From Antedon mediterranea (Eukaryota; Animalia; Echinodermata), in contig NC_092674.1 in the NCBI RefSeq assembly GCF_964355755.1, positions 24,614,001 to 24,678,000 of the forward strand: a stretch of 64,000 bases of DNA, written 5' to 3'. The notes under the pieces are model-generated. The model did no database searches and was not told where the DNA came from. It worked only from the letters and a program-made list of their open reading frames with translations. Both the position numbers and the translations under genes were made by a program. Each line of letters begins with the position of its first letter. Position 1 is the stretch's first letter. Positions 50,281 to 63,714 of the stretch are shown here, one piece after another.

Positions 50281-52753
50281 CTACGATTTGTTGTGTTCTG
50301 AAGGTGTCCCCACAATAGAGGGCTCCACTGTATTCAATTGTATCGTTTCCCCTGTAGTATCAGGTATTATATGTTCAATGTTAATGTTCGATTTTTCATT
50401 GTTATTTTTTAAATCATCTTTTCGTTCCTCATTCTTGTTGGCGACTTTCTTTGACGATGTCTCGACTGTTGAGGAAAGTGAATCGTTTTGCTGTCGTGCT
50501 GCTTGATTCTTAGCTGTATTATCAGTTAACATAACTGGAATTGCATTCTTATGTCTGTGCCGTAACTCTTTCCTTGGTTGAGATTTGTTTATAAAATCGT
50601 CACCAATTATTGATCTGTCGTGGCTTTTCTTCAAATTGTCTATCAAACGTCTATCTTTAGATCTCGTTTCTGAGTGGTGTTTTTTCTGACGTAATATATT
50701 TACATCCGGGTTGTTGTCCACTACAAATTTTCGTCCAGCACTTGCACATCGCGTAGTTTTTAACAGTTCTTCACGCCTTTTCAAGCGTTGTTTTTCATTT
50801 TCCTCTTTATGTTGTTCTTCAATATCGAACTGGTCGCTGCTTCCATATCGACCACGGAAATCTGCGTCGCTGCAACCACTTTCCAAATCGTCTTAAACAG
50901 AAGTTAACAGTAAAATGATAAATAAAAATTGGCAAGCAAAGTAAGAATTCCAGAAGAAATAGTATGTCTGTTTTAGATTGTAGAATTGACAAGGAAAATG
51001 ATTGTAGGCCAATTGCTATGACCGCCATGCATGCCAATTCAATTTAGAATGGTTATAGGTGCAGAGACAGATACAATTAGCCATTTTGCATACCGACTTA
51101 AAAAGAGGAGTAGAAGAAGATGCCAAAGAGATGGAAAACTGCTACTCGTACGGAAAAATTACAAACAACATCTTCATAGAATTAATAAAACTAGATTGAA
51201 AGTCGAACTAGAAATAATTTAACAGATAAATAAATCATAGACCAGACTCTTCAATCAACTAATGTTTGTATGGCAAATTCTCTGCCCATGGTTGTAAACT
51301 ATCGGAATGGCAATGTCTACATTCTAAACTCGCTACTTACCAGAGGTTGATTTTGAATTAGATGGCACGTCTTTTGATAATACTGACGAAACGACCTCCC
51401 ATGCAAAGACCTTATTAGCCTTTCCTGGTGGTGCTGGTGGCAGCATTCTTTTGTACGATTTCTCCAAATTGGCTGACCGCCAACGTGGTATCTTTTCCTT
51501 CTTGTCTTGCTTTTTTAAATGATCAAAACTTGATAGATTCTACAATAAAAATTCAAAACCATTCTGAAATAACTTCGTGTGTATTTTAAACTTGGAAGAA
51601 TAACCTGTTAAGTTTGGAAGAATAACTGTAACTTTGATGATTAACTGCTGTGTTTGGAAGAATAACTGCTCTTGCGTTTGGAAGATAACTGTTGTGTTGG
51701 GAAGAATAACTGTAACTTTGATGATTAATTGCTCTTATGTTTGGAAGAATAACTGCTCTGTGTTTGAAAGAATAACTACTCTGTGTTTGGAAAAATAACT
51801 GTTGTCTTTTAAATAACTGCTTTACTTCGAGGAATAACTAATGTGTTTGGAAGAAATGCGGTGTATTGTCGGATGGTAGAAGAAGCCGTCGTTACTTACT
51901 TTAAAGCTGTGTATTCCATCACAATTTCTAACAGCATTTGTGAGGTAGGTCACTTCAGCGTACATTTCTTTCTGTTTATCTTTTGGCATTCCGAATACTT
52001 CCGAATGAATTATTCGGAACGGTTTCATCTGCCGAAGACGAGATACCTTGAGTGTTTTTGGACGTTTGGAAAACTGTATACATCTGTTGTTCTCTTCGCA
52101 CTCTCTTGCACTTTTCTGAAACAAAATGTCATTGAGGTTAACGTTTGACAAGAACAGTTTCTTAACATGCAAAGTACAATGTTGATTCTATCTATGTGGA
52201 TTACTGTGGATTATCTAAACTTGGAACAAGCTGGTCTCCATTATGAACCAACGAACACACCGGAGAGTTGCACTGTTTGTTTTGTTGGCACGGAGTTCTT
52301 GTTATAAACAATTAAGTTGTTGGACTTACTTCCCGTATTGCAGTTTCAATTGATTCATGATCCTTCCAAAACTTTTTAGCGCTATGTATTGTGCGACCTG
52401 TTGCAATCTTTGGCAAAGTGGTTACGTATATCGCGGCTGGTGCTGAAGACGTCTGACGTCTTCTTTCGCTACAGCCCTATCAAAAAAATAGCATATAATG
52501 ATCAAATGGCATTTACTTCTTGTCGAGATTAATATTCAAATTAATTTCAGCACTTTATTTTCTATTTTAAAAACCCTTTCCATTATCCTCTTCCCCTATT
52601 TAATATAGTAGGCCTACCGCTGAAAAGTTATGAAGATCATTTCATTTCACCCGTAAACGCTGCATTTAAATTCTGATAACTTACCCGATGTTTTATAATG
52701 TTATAATCCAAATTCCTTGCCGAAGATCCGCTTTCCTCATTTCCCTCCATCAT
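50281..52753 (-). CDS. Uncharacterised ~410 aa charged/low-complexity protein, 5 exons
   Basis: Exons 52753-52685 (MMEGNEES...KHR), 52476-52330, 52115-51900, 51539-51341 and 50891-50281. All introns are GT-AG with matching phases (0,0,0,1) and no internal stops. No domain recognised. Confidence 0.65.
51590..51860. repeat. Degenerate ~22 bp tandem repeat (TGTTTGGAAGAATAACTG..)
   Basis: Intronic copies in the minus-strand gene. Confidence 0.8.
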
Positions 52754-55094
52754 CCATGTACGTCCTTTGGGAATATAAAATATTCTTAAAAGTCGAATAT
52801 ATAGGCAGTAGGCTACGAAATCTGTGCAAAGATATGACAGCAATATTCAGTAAGGGCAAAGCGTCCAAAGCAAAATCTAGGTTATCCCATCCGTTGGGAT
52901 TTGCAATGCTGTTCACTTCACATCGCGTATTTGAAGTAAAATTGTCTGAAATAACCCGAGTTATTTTACGATGTGACCTAGCAATACTATACTAACCTAG
53001 TTTATTATTAACAGTGTTATGCTTGTTCCCATGACAACATAAAGCTATAAACTTAACAGTTTCGGTGATGTCATTGTGGTCTATATTAAAATAGGTGAAA
53101 GAATTGTAAATCTGTAATTATTTATTATCGAAAATCACACAGTGTGACCATGACTATAGAAAATAGTATTTCAATACTAATTCGATATCACTGGTTTTCT
53201 GTTCCGTACTTGTTAAAGGTACGTGCAGTATATATATACAATTTGTTCCCCAAAATTAAAAATTAATATAATCAGACTTGGAATAGGCCATTTTGCAGTT
53301 TTAGGAAAGTTATTCACTTCACTGATGATTTCACTTCTGAAAAAAGAAAAAAGAAATCTAATCAAAAAATCCAATTTGACTATTTTTGTTTGCTATAAAA
53401 TTCAGATGGATAATTTTGTTTTTGTCATATCATTATTATTAAAATGGCATAGGCCTATTCAATATAAAAATAATAAATAAAATATATTTTTTCATGGGGG
53501 TGAGAAGGGAACAGATCGGGTAATTTTTTTTCTATTCTCTTTTTCTATTTCCTAAAGAGGGTCGTGGTCCTTTCTATCTGAATTCCCTAAATTAGGCACC
53601 ACCAGAAAATAGGCCAATTAAATATGTAGGCAACAGATTCGGATTTCGGTAATACGTGCACCTGCATTCGTAGGGCTAATTACACAAATTTGGTGAATAG
53701 AAATAAATGTCACCATTAACGACATTGTGTAGTACGCCTATACGTTGAGTCGAATAGACCTTTATCAATAAACTATTGATCACTATAGCAAAACGTTAAT
53801 AATGTGGCTATAAATGTCGTCATCGGACTGGTACAACGTACTTGTTTATATTCTGACCCTGGATTAATAATATCTTCATAATGAGATGATAGTTACCATG
53901 GCATCCGAACGCTATGTAAAAATTGTATACAAATAACTATATTTCATGTGATGTTATTAGGTGGTGTTAAAACGAAATAGGCCAATGAAACTATAATATA
54001 AACATTTATTAATAATGATAATTTTAAACAAATCTGTCAAGTTACTACTAATTCATTATTTAAAGATTAGGCTAATCGGAATTCGATTATCGTGAATGAA
54101 AATAATTCGGCTGTGGAGGGGCCCTCGTCCTCACCTCTACTCTACATTCGCCTTGCCCTGCCTAAAGTGAAACATGAAAAGATTTATTAATGTTTACCTT
54201 TAGAATCTTCGAATTATTCTTCCACAACGAACTTTTAGAAAATAAAGTTTCATCACCGACCACCCACACTCGTGAGTCCCTCTCGGGGTCCCTCTTCAAT
54301 GTATTACACCAACACCTTTATGTCACTCAATTTGGTTCGAAATAGGCCTATAACAGTGTAGGCCTATATATAGAGCTATCTCTATGGTTCTAGAAAAACA
54401 CGTTTAAAAACTATTATCTGAACATGCTTTTGTTGATTCCTGTCTTTTATTCTAAGCCTGTGCAACTGAGCTCCCTATACCGAGTGGTTCCTTTGGTGTC
54501 TAAATAGAACAATAAACTCAAGTCGATATCGCTATATCTATTAACAATGGGATTCACAAGTGCGACTGTGAGTGTGAGTTCAGAATACAATAGAATGGAT
54601 TTTTAATTTCACTCAGCAGCCAACTCAGAGAATTCTACACGAGTCTTGACGATTGAATTAATCATAAACGGTAACATTCCGATGTTAACCTTTGTACATT
54701 GTTATTTACCAAGTAAAATGAACTTGACAATGATTTATTATTTCATTTTTTTTTTACAATATCAGAACCTTAAGTTACGAGAAACATTTTTACTAAAAAA
54801 TGATATTTCCAGAAGCACACGTCTCTAATTAGTAATAGTAATTCAAATTGTTGTTTTATTTTTTTAAAGAAGTTATGCCTTATTCTAATTTAAAAAATCA
54901 TTCCATTTCTGTCTATAAATAAAAAGTTTAATATTTAACCAACCGGAGAGTAACTAAATTATAATTAGTTAATTTATTAGTTAATTAGTAAATTAGTTAA
55001 TTAGTAAATAGTTAAAGCAAACACCCTTGATAAATCGCGGCCACACGGACGTGAACTGCCGATTAAATTATTTATTATAAAACTATTCTTAAAA

Positions 55095-55150
55095 CTATAG
55101 AGGGCAGCAGAAAATAAACAAGATGGCGTTCTCTTTTGTTTTTTAGATGG
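55095..55150 (+). promoter_or_regulatory. Probable TAF6 core promoter / first non-coding exon region
   Basis: AAGATGGCG (YY1-type motif, common near housekeeping TSSs) at 55120, followed by a donor-like G|GTAGGT at 55149. An acceptor at 55556 lies just before the ATG. Confidence 0.4.
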
Positions 55151-55585
55151 TAGGTCCAAAAAATGTGGAAAAAAATGTTAATACATCATTATTTAAACAT
55201 AATTTTGACCTTAACTGATTGTTAATAGTAACTATGCAATAAAACGGTTAAAACCAGTATTACAAATTTTAATTAACAGGTGTATTCTGGACAATACTGG
55301 TCCTAGTAAGGCCTAGGCTAGCGACCTAGTCTATTGATACGTTGTGGTAGGCTAGTCAATTGAGCCGTTCTAGTTAACTCTCACCGTCCTGGTCGATTCG
55401 CCCCTATGGAAATAACAGTATACTGTTTGTTAGTATAGGTAACGAAACATAATTATTAGTAGATTAGAGTCTAAGAAGAGTTAATTTTTACTTAGATCCT
55501 CAAATTCATCAATAATAATAATTAATTACAAATTGACTGATACTTTTTTTATGCAGAAAAAAGGGAGATTACAATTTAAAACAAT

Positions 55586-58500
55586 ATGTCGAATAAAGAA
55601 AAAGCCAGAGCTACCATTACATCTGAATCAATCAAAACAATCGCAGAGTCATTAGGAGTGTCACAAATTCCAGAAGAGGCAACTAAAATAATTGCTGAAG
55701 ATGTATCATTTCGACTGAAACAAATTGTACAGGTTAGGTTTTGTTTTTTCTTGAAATGGCATGGCCAAAGTGTGTAATTATTGTCGATTGCATCTAATTA
55801 TAATGTTTTTTGTCGATTGTGCCCCTATCACAGTCAACCGTTCACTAACATGTATTTAAAAAACCTTTTTTTTTCAGGATGCATCCAAATTTATGACACA
55901 TGGTAGACGAAAAAAGTTGTCTGTTTCAGATATTGATGCAGCACTACGTGTGAAAAACGTTGAAGTAAGGTTACATTTTGTTTTATGTAGTTTGTTTTGT
56001 GTAGTTTGTAAACACATTTCTGATAATTTAATTTAATTCTTTATAAAGATTTCTAATGTTGTACTATTATTCAGGTCATTTTTGGATCAAACATACTCCC
56101 ATAATAGAGCTAGCAATCGGTGCAAAGTTGTGTCATGACCTTACCAGGTACCCATTTATACACCTGGGAGAGAGGCAAACGTAAGTGCCTTGCCTAAGGA
56201 TACAAGCAATGGAGAAGCATTTGATTTGAACTCGAAATCCAGAGTCCAATGTTCAACACACTGCGCCACATGCCAAATCAAAGTATATGGGATTGCACAG
56301 GAGTAGATAAATCACTACCAGTAACTATTATCCAGAAGTGTATTTATTTTAAATATTTCTTACTACTTTTTATATGTTTTCTTTCCAGCCCCTGTATGGT
56401 TTCACAGCCCCAGAGAGCATACCATTTCGCTTTGCAAGTGGGGGTGGCCGGGAGTTACATTTTGTTGAGGAGAAGGAAATTGACTTGCAGGAATTAATCA
56501 GTACGCCATTACAAAAGATTCCTTTGGGCGTCAGTATTAAATGTAAGACAACTAACTTGTATATTCTGATATAAACTAAAGGTCTATTATTTTTGCTGAT
56601 TGTGCATTTAAAATTATCCCATATTTGGTCGAGTACTTGTAAATATTTGTCCCATAATTTACCTAAATAGTATTGTTTTTCTTTTAGCTCATTGGTTATG
56701 TATTGAAGGAGTACAACCTGCAATACCTGAAAATCCACCACCAGGTAAATAAAAGTTGAAAAGTGTAACATCTATGTTCATTCATTGTGTACAGCACCTT
56801 TGAACATGTTATTGCATGAAAATAGTGCTATAAAAGTGTGGTATTATTATTATGTCTGACAACAGAGTCAATTAGTCTTGCATTCATCTGAATGATGGAT
56901 GAAACATAAACCAGGACTTTTCAAAGCACCTTTTGCTGGTCCCATCATTGACCTAGGGCTTCTTTCATCCAATGCCCACCTTACAGTAACCAGAGGAGAG
57001 GCATAAGCCAATACGTCTCAGATACTAGATGCAGGGGCTGCCATAAGAGTCAGCAGTGCTGATTTCAAATGCCTATTGGGACCCCAGTTCCATATACAGC
57101 ACCTGATATTCCCAGATGGTCTCCCATCTAAGCTCTAACCTGGCCCAACGTTGCTTAACTTCTGTGATCTGACGAGAACCTGTGTTTCAACGTGGTATAC
57201 TATTAATAAACATCATTTAGACAAATTAATTAATAGTCACTTTTTATTTCTCTCTTTAGTTGGGAAAGACCAACAGAAAAATGAAATCACCAAGAATATT
57301 CACAATAGAAAACCATTGGAAGAGGAAACGGGAGGTAAACCAAACAAACTGGGGTTGACTGGAAAGAGTCTAGCATCTGATGTTATCAAGCTTAAACCTG
57401 TTGTTACTCACGAACTATCTGTCGTAAGTGTTCTATTTGGTTTTGGCATATTTTAACAGATTTTTAATGTTTTCATTTTAATTGCCCACAATTCAGAGGT
57501 TGTGGGTTCAATCTCTGGTCTGCAGTGTTGATTCCTTTTGCAAGATTCTTTATCCACGTTGTTCCACCCAGGTGACTGACAAACATTCACAACACAGTGG
57601 AGTCTGGCCCAAACGCTAAGGAAATGGAGATGCGCTCCACAACATTTACAATTTACCTATTATTATGCAAAGCCAACCAAAGGATGTTTATTTTAAGAAA
57701 AATGAAGCACCTACAAATTGACAAAACTATACTTAAATTGTTTTATAACTCTGTAATTCTCAGTGTAATACTTTTTTGTAATGTTTGTTTTTATGGTAAT
57801 ACAATGCAAAAAGATAAAATTAAACTTAATCGAATAGGAAATAGAGCAATTAGACTAGTAGGAGAGCACTTACCTGATGTTGAATCCTTGTATAAAGAAA
57901 ATGTGTTAAAAAAAGTAAAAAGTATCATTGATGATGAAACACATCCTCTTCACAAACAATTTGCTCTCATGAATTCTGGCATAAGACTACGTGCACTTAA
58001 TACCAAAACAAAACGGTTTAGGTGCTCGTTTGTACCTAATGCTATACACTTATACTCCAGAGTACAAAGGTAAAATGTAACCGATAATTTTTATCTAATT
58101 GTAACAATTTTTAGCCTCTTAACTTTTTGTGTGTGTTTTTGTAAATTGTATTTTATATTTTTGTATTTTGCCAGTTTTCAAATCACATTTCTGTTTTTTA
58201 AATGGACAATAAAGTATATATGACTATGACTATGACTATTAGGGTTATGATAAGTTGACAACACAAAATGAAATTATATTTTTTTATTGTAGGAACAACA
58301 ACTGTATTACAAAGAAATCACTGAATCGTGTGTTGGCTCTTCTGAAAACAGAAGATCAGTAAGTTTTATTATTCTACCTATTAGATACCCCATCTAGTGT
58401 GAAAGCATTTAAGTCAGATATGTGTTAAGAACTGAGCATTATTATAGTATTATATATACAGCACATGTAACAAAAAACATGAACACTATTTTTATTTATT

Positions 58501-61500
58501 ATTTATTTTAAAATATTTATAATAAAATATCATCTTTTTACAGGAAGCCCTACAAAGTTTAGCAACAGATCCAGGTCTCTATCAGATGCTGCCACGCTTC
58601 AGCGCATTTATTAGCGAAGGGGTCAAAGTTAACGTCGTTCAAAACAACCTAGCGTTGTTGATCTACCTTATGAGAATGGTTAAAGCTGTCATGGATAATA
58701 CAAGTCTTTACCTTGAAAAATATGTAAATATAATAAAATAAATGAATAATTAATTTCTCTTACATTAATTAAAGTTAATAATATTTTCCAAAAAAAAGTT
58801 ATTGTTTTGATAGTTTGTAGGCCTAGTTTGGTGAAATAGAGGCACAAAGCGCTATAGCACTATATTTAATAATTTCTATGTAAACTGCTATAGAATAGAA
58901 CTCATATTAAGAGGATAGCTTTGGAACCCAACCAATTGTCCCCTTAATAGAGGTGCCCAGCTACCTGCTCTTCTTGTTCTTTATTTTTTATTTTAATACT
59001 ATACTTGTTATCAAATATTTTGCCTTACCTGTATTTTTGTTAATACATACCTGTTTTCAGTTACATGAGCTTGTGCCAGCTGTCTTAACCTGCATTGTTA
59101 GCAAGCAGCTGTGTCAGCGACCTGAAGCCGATAACCATTGGGCATTGAGAGACTTTGGATCCAGACTAATGGCTTCCATCTGCAAGTACGTTATTAGGCA
59201 GACAACATTAGCTAGACCAGAATTTATGCTACCATCATCAACTGGAGTAAAGCAGTAAAGCGTCTACACTATCAAACTTTATGTGTCAAAAGAAAACATA
59301 TATGGACATGATGATGTCATATCACTATCATATTTAAGCATATCACTACCATATTTGGGCACATCACACATTTTTGTCCAACTTGTTTGATAGTATAGAC
59401 AGAGCTTAATGTCTTTGTTCATAACAACACGAAACATCGAAGCATTCTCAACTTTATTAAAAGATACCAGTTTACGCCAAATCAATAATTCTATAATGTA
59501 TTTTAATATTTTCATTTTTGTTTTTACAGAAAATTTAGCACCACCACAAATAATATCCAATCTAGAATTACTAAAACATTTGACTCGTCGCTCAACAACC
59601 CAAAAGCACCTATTTCAACCTTATATGGGGCTGTATCAGGCCTGTGTGAAACCGGACCAGAGGTAAGCAATAACAGTAGAGCTACTGTAGTGCTAGTTGT
59701 GTCCCTTGAATATTGGTGTCCCCTCGAATAGTGATGTCCCTGAATAGTGGTGTCCCAAAGGGGGAACTTTTATTTATCAAATTTGGATGTTCATGAATTT
59801 TAATTTATAAACAACATATAAGAAAATAATTTTCAAACACTATTTTGCAATATTATTTTAATTTCACAGGTAGTTAGAACAATTGTGATACCTAAGATGC
59901 CCTCACTTAGTGAGCGTGTGCAGATGTCCGTGGAGGGTACCATGGTAACCAGTGTGGACAAGGTGTCTGCTGAGCACCTAAAAAACTTGATTCTTGTAAG
60001 AAAAATATTTTTTTTAGCAGAATTCACAAACAATATGATAGTTTCTTATATTAATTAGCATAGTATTTCATTAACAGATTCACTCATCAGTAGCATATTT
60101 TATTTAAATATTAGCTATTTATATTCATAGCATAATGAATGACATTAACATTTATTATACATTAGCATATTTTATTAAGACATTTTTTAATTCATTAGCA
60201 TTATTTCATTAACATATTCACTATTCATATTCATTAGCATTCATTAACATATTCACTATTCATTTGCATATGTCATTAACATATTCATAAGCATACTTTC
60301 ATTAACATATTCACTATTCATTAGCATTCATTAACATATTTTCATTAACATATTCACTATTCATTTGCATATGTCATTAACATATTCATAAGCATACTTT
60401 CATTAACATATTCACTATTCATTAGCATTCATTACATATTTTCATTAGCATATTTTATTAACATATTCACTATTCATATTCATTAACATATTTTCATTAA
60501 CCTATTTCATTAACATATTCACTATTCAGTAGCATAATCATTAGCATTAATTAACATAATGCCGTTAGCATATTTCATTAACATATTCATATTCATTAGA
60601 ATATTTTCATTAGCATATTTTATTAACATATTCAATATTCATTAACATATTCTCATTAGCATATTTCATTAACATATTCACTATTCATTTGCATATGTCA
60701 TTAACATATTTATAATTCATATTCATTAGCATAAATTTATTAACATATTCACTATTCATACTCATTCAAGATATTCCAAAACCTCCAAACCTTCACTTCC
60801 ATTCAGTTGACTATTTTATCATAAACTCCACCATATTAATTGTAAATTGCATTTTTATCCTTTAACCAAGTTTCTTATCCATCACAGACAATTTGAAAGA
60901 GTTCCATATAACCAGTAGCTGATTACCTTCTATTGGTTTTTTTTTTAGAAACATTGTGGACCAATTATCAAACATTTACGAGACCAACCAGATATTGTTG
61001 ACAGCTATGAAAGGGATTATGGGTACTTAGGTACGAGCATCTGCGAGTATGTTACCAGGTTGCGTACACAACCAAATGCACAGCCACCGCCACCGGCCAG
61101 TACTGGAAAACCATCCTTATCATTCACGACGGTAATTATATTACATTTCATTGTGTACTTGTCAATTGTATGACCCACTATACGACCCCAGGAGGGGTCA
61201 TTTACAAATAATTATTGACGCAGGGGTGCGTCAAAATACCTAGATGGTACGTCACATCAATGAACAATGGTGTGTCAATGTCCGTTACTTTACCACTTTC
61301 CATATCATAAACAACATGGTCACAGTGCATCATCATACCATATGAATACCATGACGCAAATGTGCGTAAAAAATTTGACTTACCTTTAGGTGACCATGAC
61401 GCACCCATTTTGATGCACTGTGACCATGTTGTTTATTGATATGGACATTGACACACCATTGTTCATTGATGTGACGTACCCTCTAGGTATTTTGACGCAC

Positions 61501-63116
61501 CCCTGCGTCAATAATTATTTGTAAATGACCTCTCCTGGTGGTCTTATAGTGGGTCATACAATTGACAAGTGCATTATTCCGTCAGTCTGTATTTGAATGT
61601 AAACAAGAAAAATGTATTCATCATGCGTTTATATTTATATTTGTTGTATTACTTTGTAGTCATTGGTGACAGTGGCTTATGTTGCTTTTTTTTCTTTCCT
61701 GGCAGCTAGTGACTATTATATCTTATCTCCTTATGTTGTGTTTGTTTAATTTGTTGATTTGTATTATATTGTAAAATATATTTTGCCTGAATAAATAATA
61801 ACAATGCCTTTTGAGCATAAACTAAGAACCAAACTTTATAGTGCTATGCATGTTTGTTTTGCATACAAAAATGTGTAAAATTCTATTTATACCATTTGTT
61901 CCATTTTCTTCTTTAGCCGAAACAAACGACAATAATTGCGAGTTCTCCCAGAACCCCAACCTCATATATGCCAACCACGCCCACGTTGTTAAGCACAACA
62001 AGTCATCACCCAGCATCTATTCACAGGACTTTCTCATTACCCGGTAGTGCTAGCCAGACAAAGATGCTCTTGCTTAGCTCAACGCCCAAGAGTACAGCAC
62101 CAGTAAGTACAGTAGAACAGGGTAAGGGGACACCCTTATTAAGGGGACACGTTCTTAAGGGTGTATGTTTTATATATATATAATATTATAAATAAATAAA
62201 ATAACAGCAGAAAACTTGGTTACTTCATTGTTTTAATCACTACAAATTTGTTTCGTACGACCGCATGTAGCTGGCCGCACTCTTCATGTGAAATATAAAA
62301 CATAAATGACACAGTTGTCTCATAGTGCTTAATAGAAGTGAGTCATCAGGAAGTCGTATACAATAGCCTATTGTTTTAGATAAACTATTTGGATCTGCAA
62401 TTTAGTAAGAATTTTTTCCTATGTCTACAAGTAGAGACTAACTCATTCTTACGGTTCAGTGAGCATAGCTCTGGTTGACATATAATAATATACTTTTCAT
62501 ATATACATAAATTACATCTTTTGTTAATATTTGAGTAAGGTTTGCATTTCTTTATAATTTTCCATTTAATTGAGTAGTTTGTTTTAGAGTCTTTAAGTGT
62601 CCATATATATTTACTGAGTCATTATATGTTTTAATAGCCTATTTTGGATATACTCTGTCAAACAACTATCAAACTTTATATGACAAAAAATGTAATGTGC
62701 CCATATATGGACATGATGATGTAATATCATCACTACCATATTTAAGATTATCACTAGCATGTTTGGGCACATCACAATTTTTTTGTTAAACTAGTTTGAT
62801 AGTGTACACAGAGCTTTAGGAATTTAACAAAAACCAATTTTATTCATTACAGACAATCACCCCTCCTAAGCCAATGGTAAGTCCCACGACTCCAACACAG
62901 AATTTTGTAAAAGTCTATAACAATCCTCATATGACCCCACAAAGACCTGCAACATCAAAACCGCAATTTATAGTGATGTCCTCAACGCCTCCAACAAGTT
63001 CACAGACATCCCCGTTGGCAACTTCCTCTGCTGCTACAAGTATGCTGATGTCTTTGGCACAAGCTGCGACAATGCAGGTGGAGACGAAAGACATCAAAGA
63101 AGAACCCATGGAATAA
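55586..63116 (+). CDS. TAF6: Transcription initiation factor TFIID subunit 6, ~13 coding exons
   Basis: H4-like histone fold ([13 protein letters not shown]...[23 protein letters not shown]...DID.AL), [100 protein letters not shown], and an S/T/P-rich C-terminus ending IKEEPME*. Confidence 0.96.
56860..57200 (-). mobile_element. 5S rRNA-derived SINE (SINE3-type) or 5S pseudogene with attached body
   Basis: Minus 57198-57093 reads ATACCACGTTGAAACACAGGTTCTCGTCAGATCACAGAAGTTAAGCAACGTTGGGCCAGGTTAGAGCTTAGATGGGAGACCATCTGGGAATATCAGGTGCTGTA, which is 5S-like with diverged A and C boxes. The 5' end is missing and there is no oligo-T terminator. Confidence 0.75.
57660..58240 (+). mobile_element. 5'-truncated LINE (Rex1/Babar-like RT C-terminus) in a TAF6 intron
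   Basis: [13 protein letters not shown]...[13 protein letters not shown]...DETHPLH...SGIRLR...[13 protein letters not shown], then AATAAA and a (TATGAC)n tail at 58219-58238. Confidence 0.8.
60050..60770. repeat. AT-rich degenerate tandem repeat (CATTAACATATTCACTATT variants)
   Basis: Visible low-complexity tandem array in a TAF6 intron. Confidence 0.85.
61157..61570. mobile_element. Foldback / long-TIR element
   Basis: Arms of ~160-170 bp are near-perfect inverted repeats (ACTTGTCAATTGTATGACCCACTATA... / ...TATAGTGGGTCATACAATTGACAAGT) around a short loop. Confidence 0.85.
62184..62620 (-). mobile_element. Penelope-like element 3' fragment: GIY-YIG endonuclease C-terminus, hammerhead-like motif, ends at (TA)n
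   Basis: Open frame 62618-62385 (no start codon, so absent from the ORF track): [78 protein letters not shown] hammerhead-like fold follows at 62237-62291 and (TA)n at 62170-62183. Confidence 0.7.
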
Positions 63117-63714
63117 TGAGATCAAATGCGAGGATGTACCAAAGCAATCTAACAGAATGCTGAGGTCCAAAGATCAAAGGGCTTATCTCTGGCTGCAACA
63201 TGATCTGTTCAATGCCTTTAACACAGGGCTGTAGCCAGCATGCTCGTCTCGTCACCCCAATTCCTCAGATCATCTTATTTTATATTAATAATTATTTTTA
63301 AAGCATCTTTGACTCGTTTTTAACCTCTCGTTACGGCCTTGCTTAACAGATATCACGTGCAACCGAGAATATGTACATAGTGCAGTACTGTGGTATTTGT
63401 CTCAGTCCTGTTTTTAGTTTGCCTCGGATGTATTAACAGATCACTTATAGGATACTAAAATCATGTTGTAGTCATTGGAAAAATAAAAGAAAAATTCTAA
63501 ACTGCCTGTAGACTTGTTAAAAGTTGTAAAATATTTTGATGCTATGCAAACCTGGTTACACCTTTTATTATTTGACATAACTGGTTAATATAATATTCTA
63601 GAAAGCCACTCCCAGAGTGCATACCTCCGCCTACTGTAAAATTCTCCTACATAAGATTTCTCCGGGAAAAAAAAAAAATATATATATATATATTTGTGTG
63701 TGTCTTATTGCAGT

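Noticed and set aside
57093-57200. Functional 5S rRNA gene
   Set aside because: The 5' end is missing, stems carry substitutions, there is no T-run terminator, and it is a single intronic copy.
57597-58073. Independent 158 aa gene nested in TAF6
   Set aside because: It is a truncated LINE ORF end fused to SINE sequence.
62295-62350. SECIS element in the Penelope-like fragment (ATGA-N12-AA on the minus strand)
   Set aside because: No correctly spaced GA or paired helix, and no in-frame TGA in the visible coding remnant.
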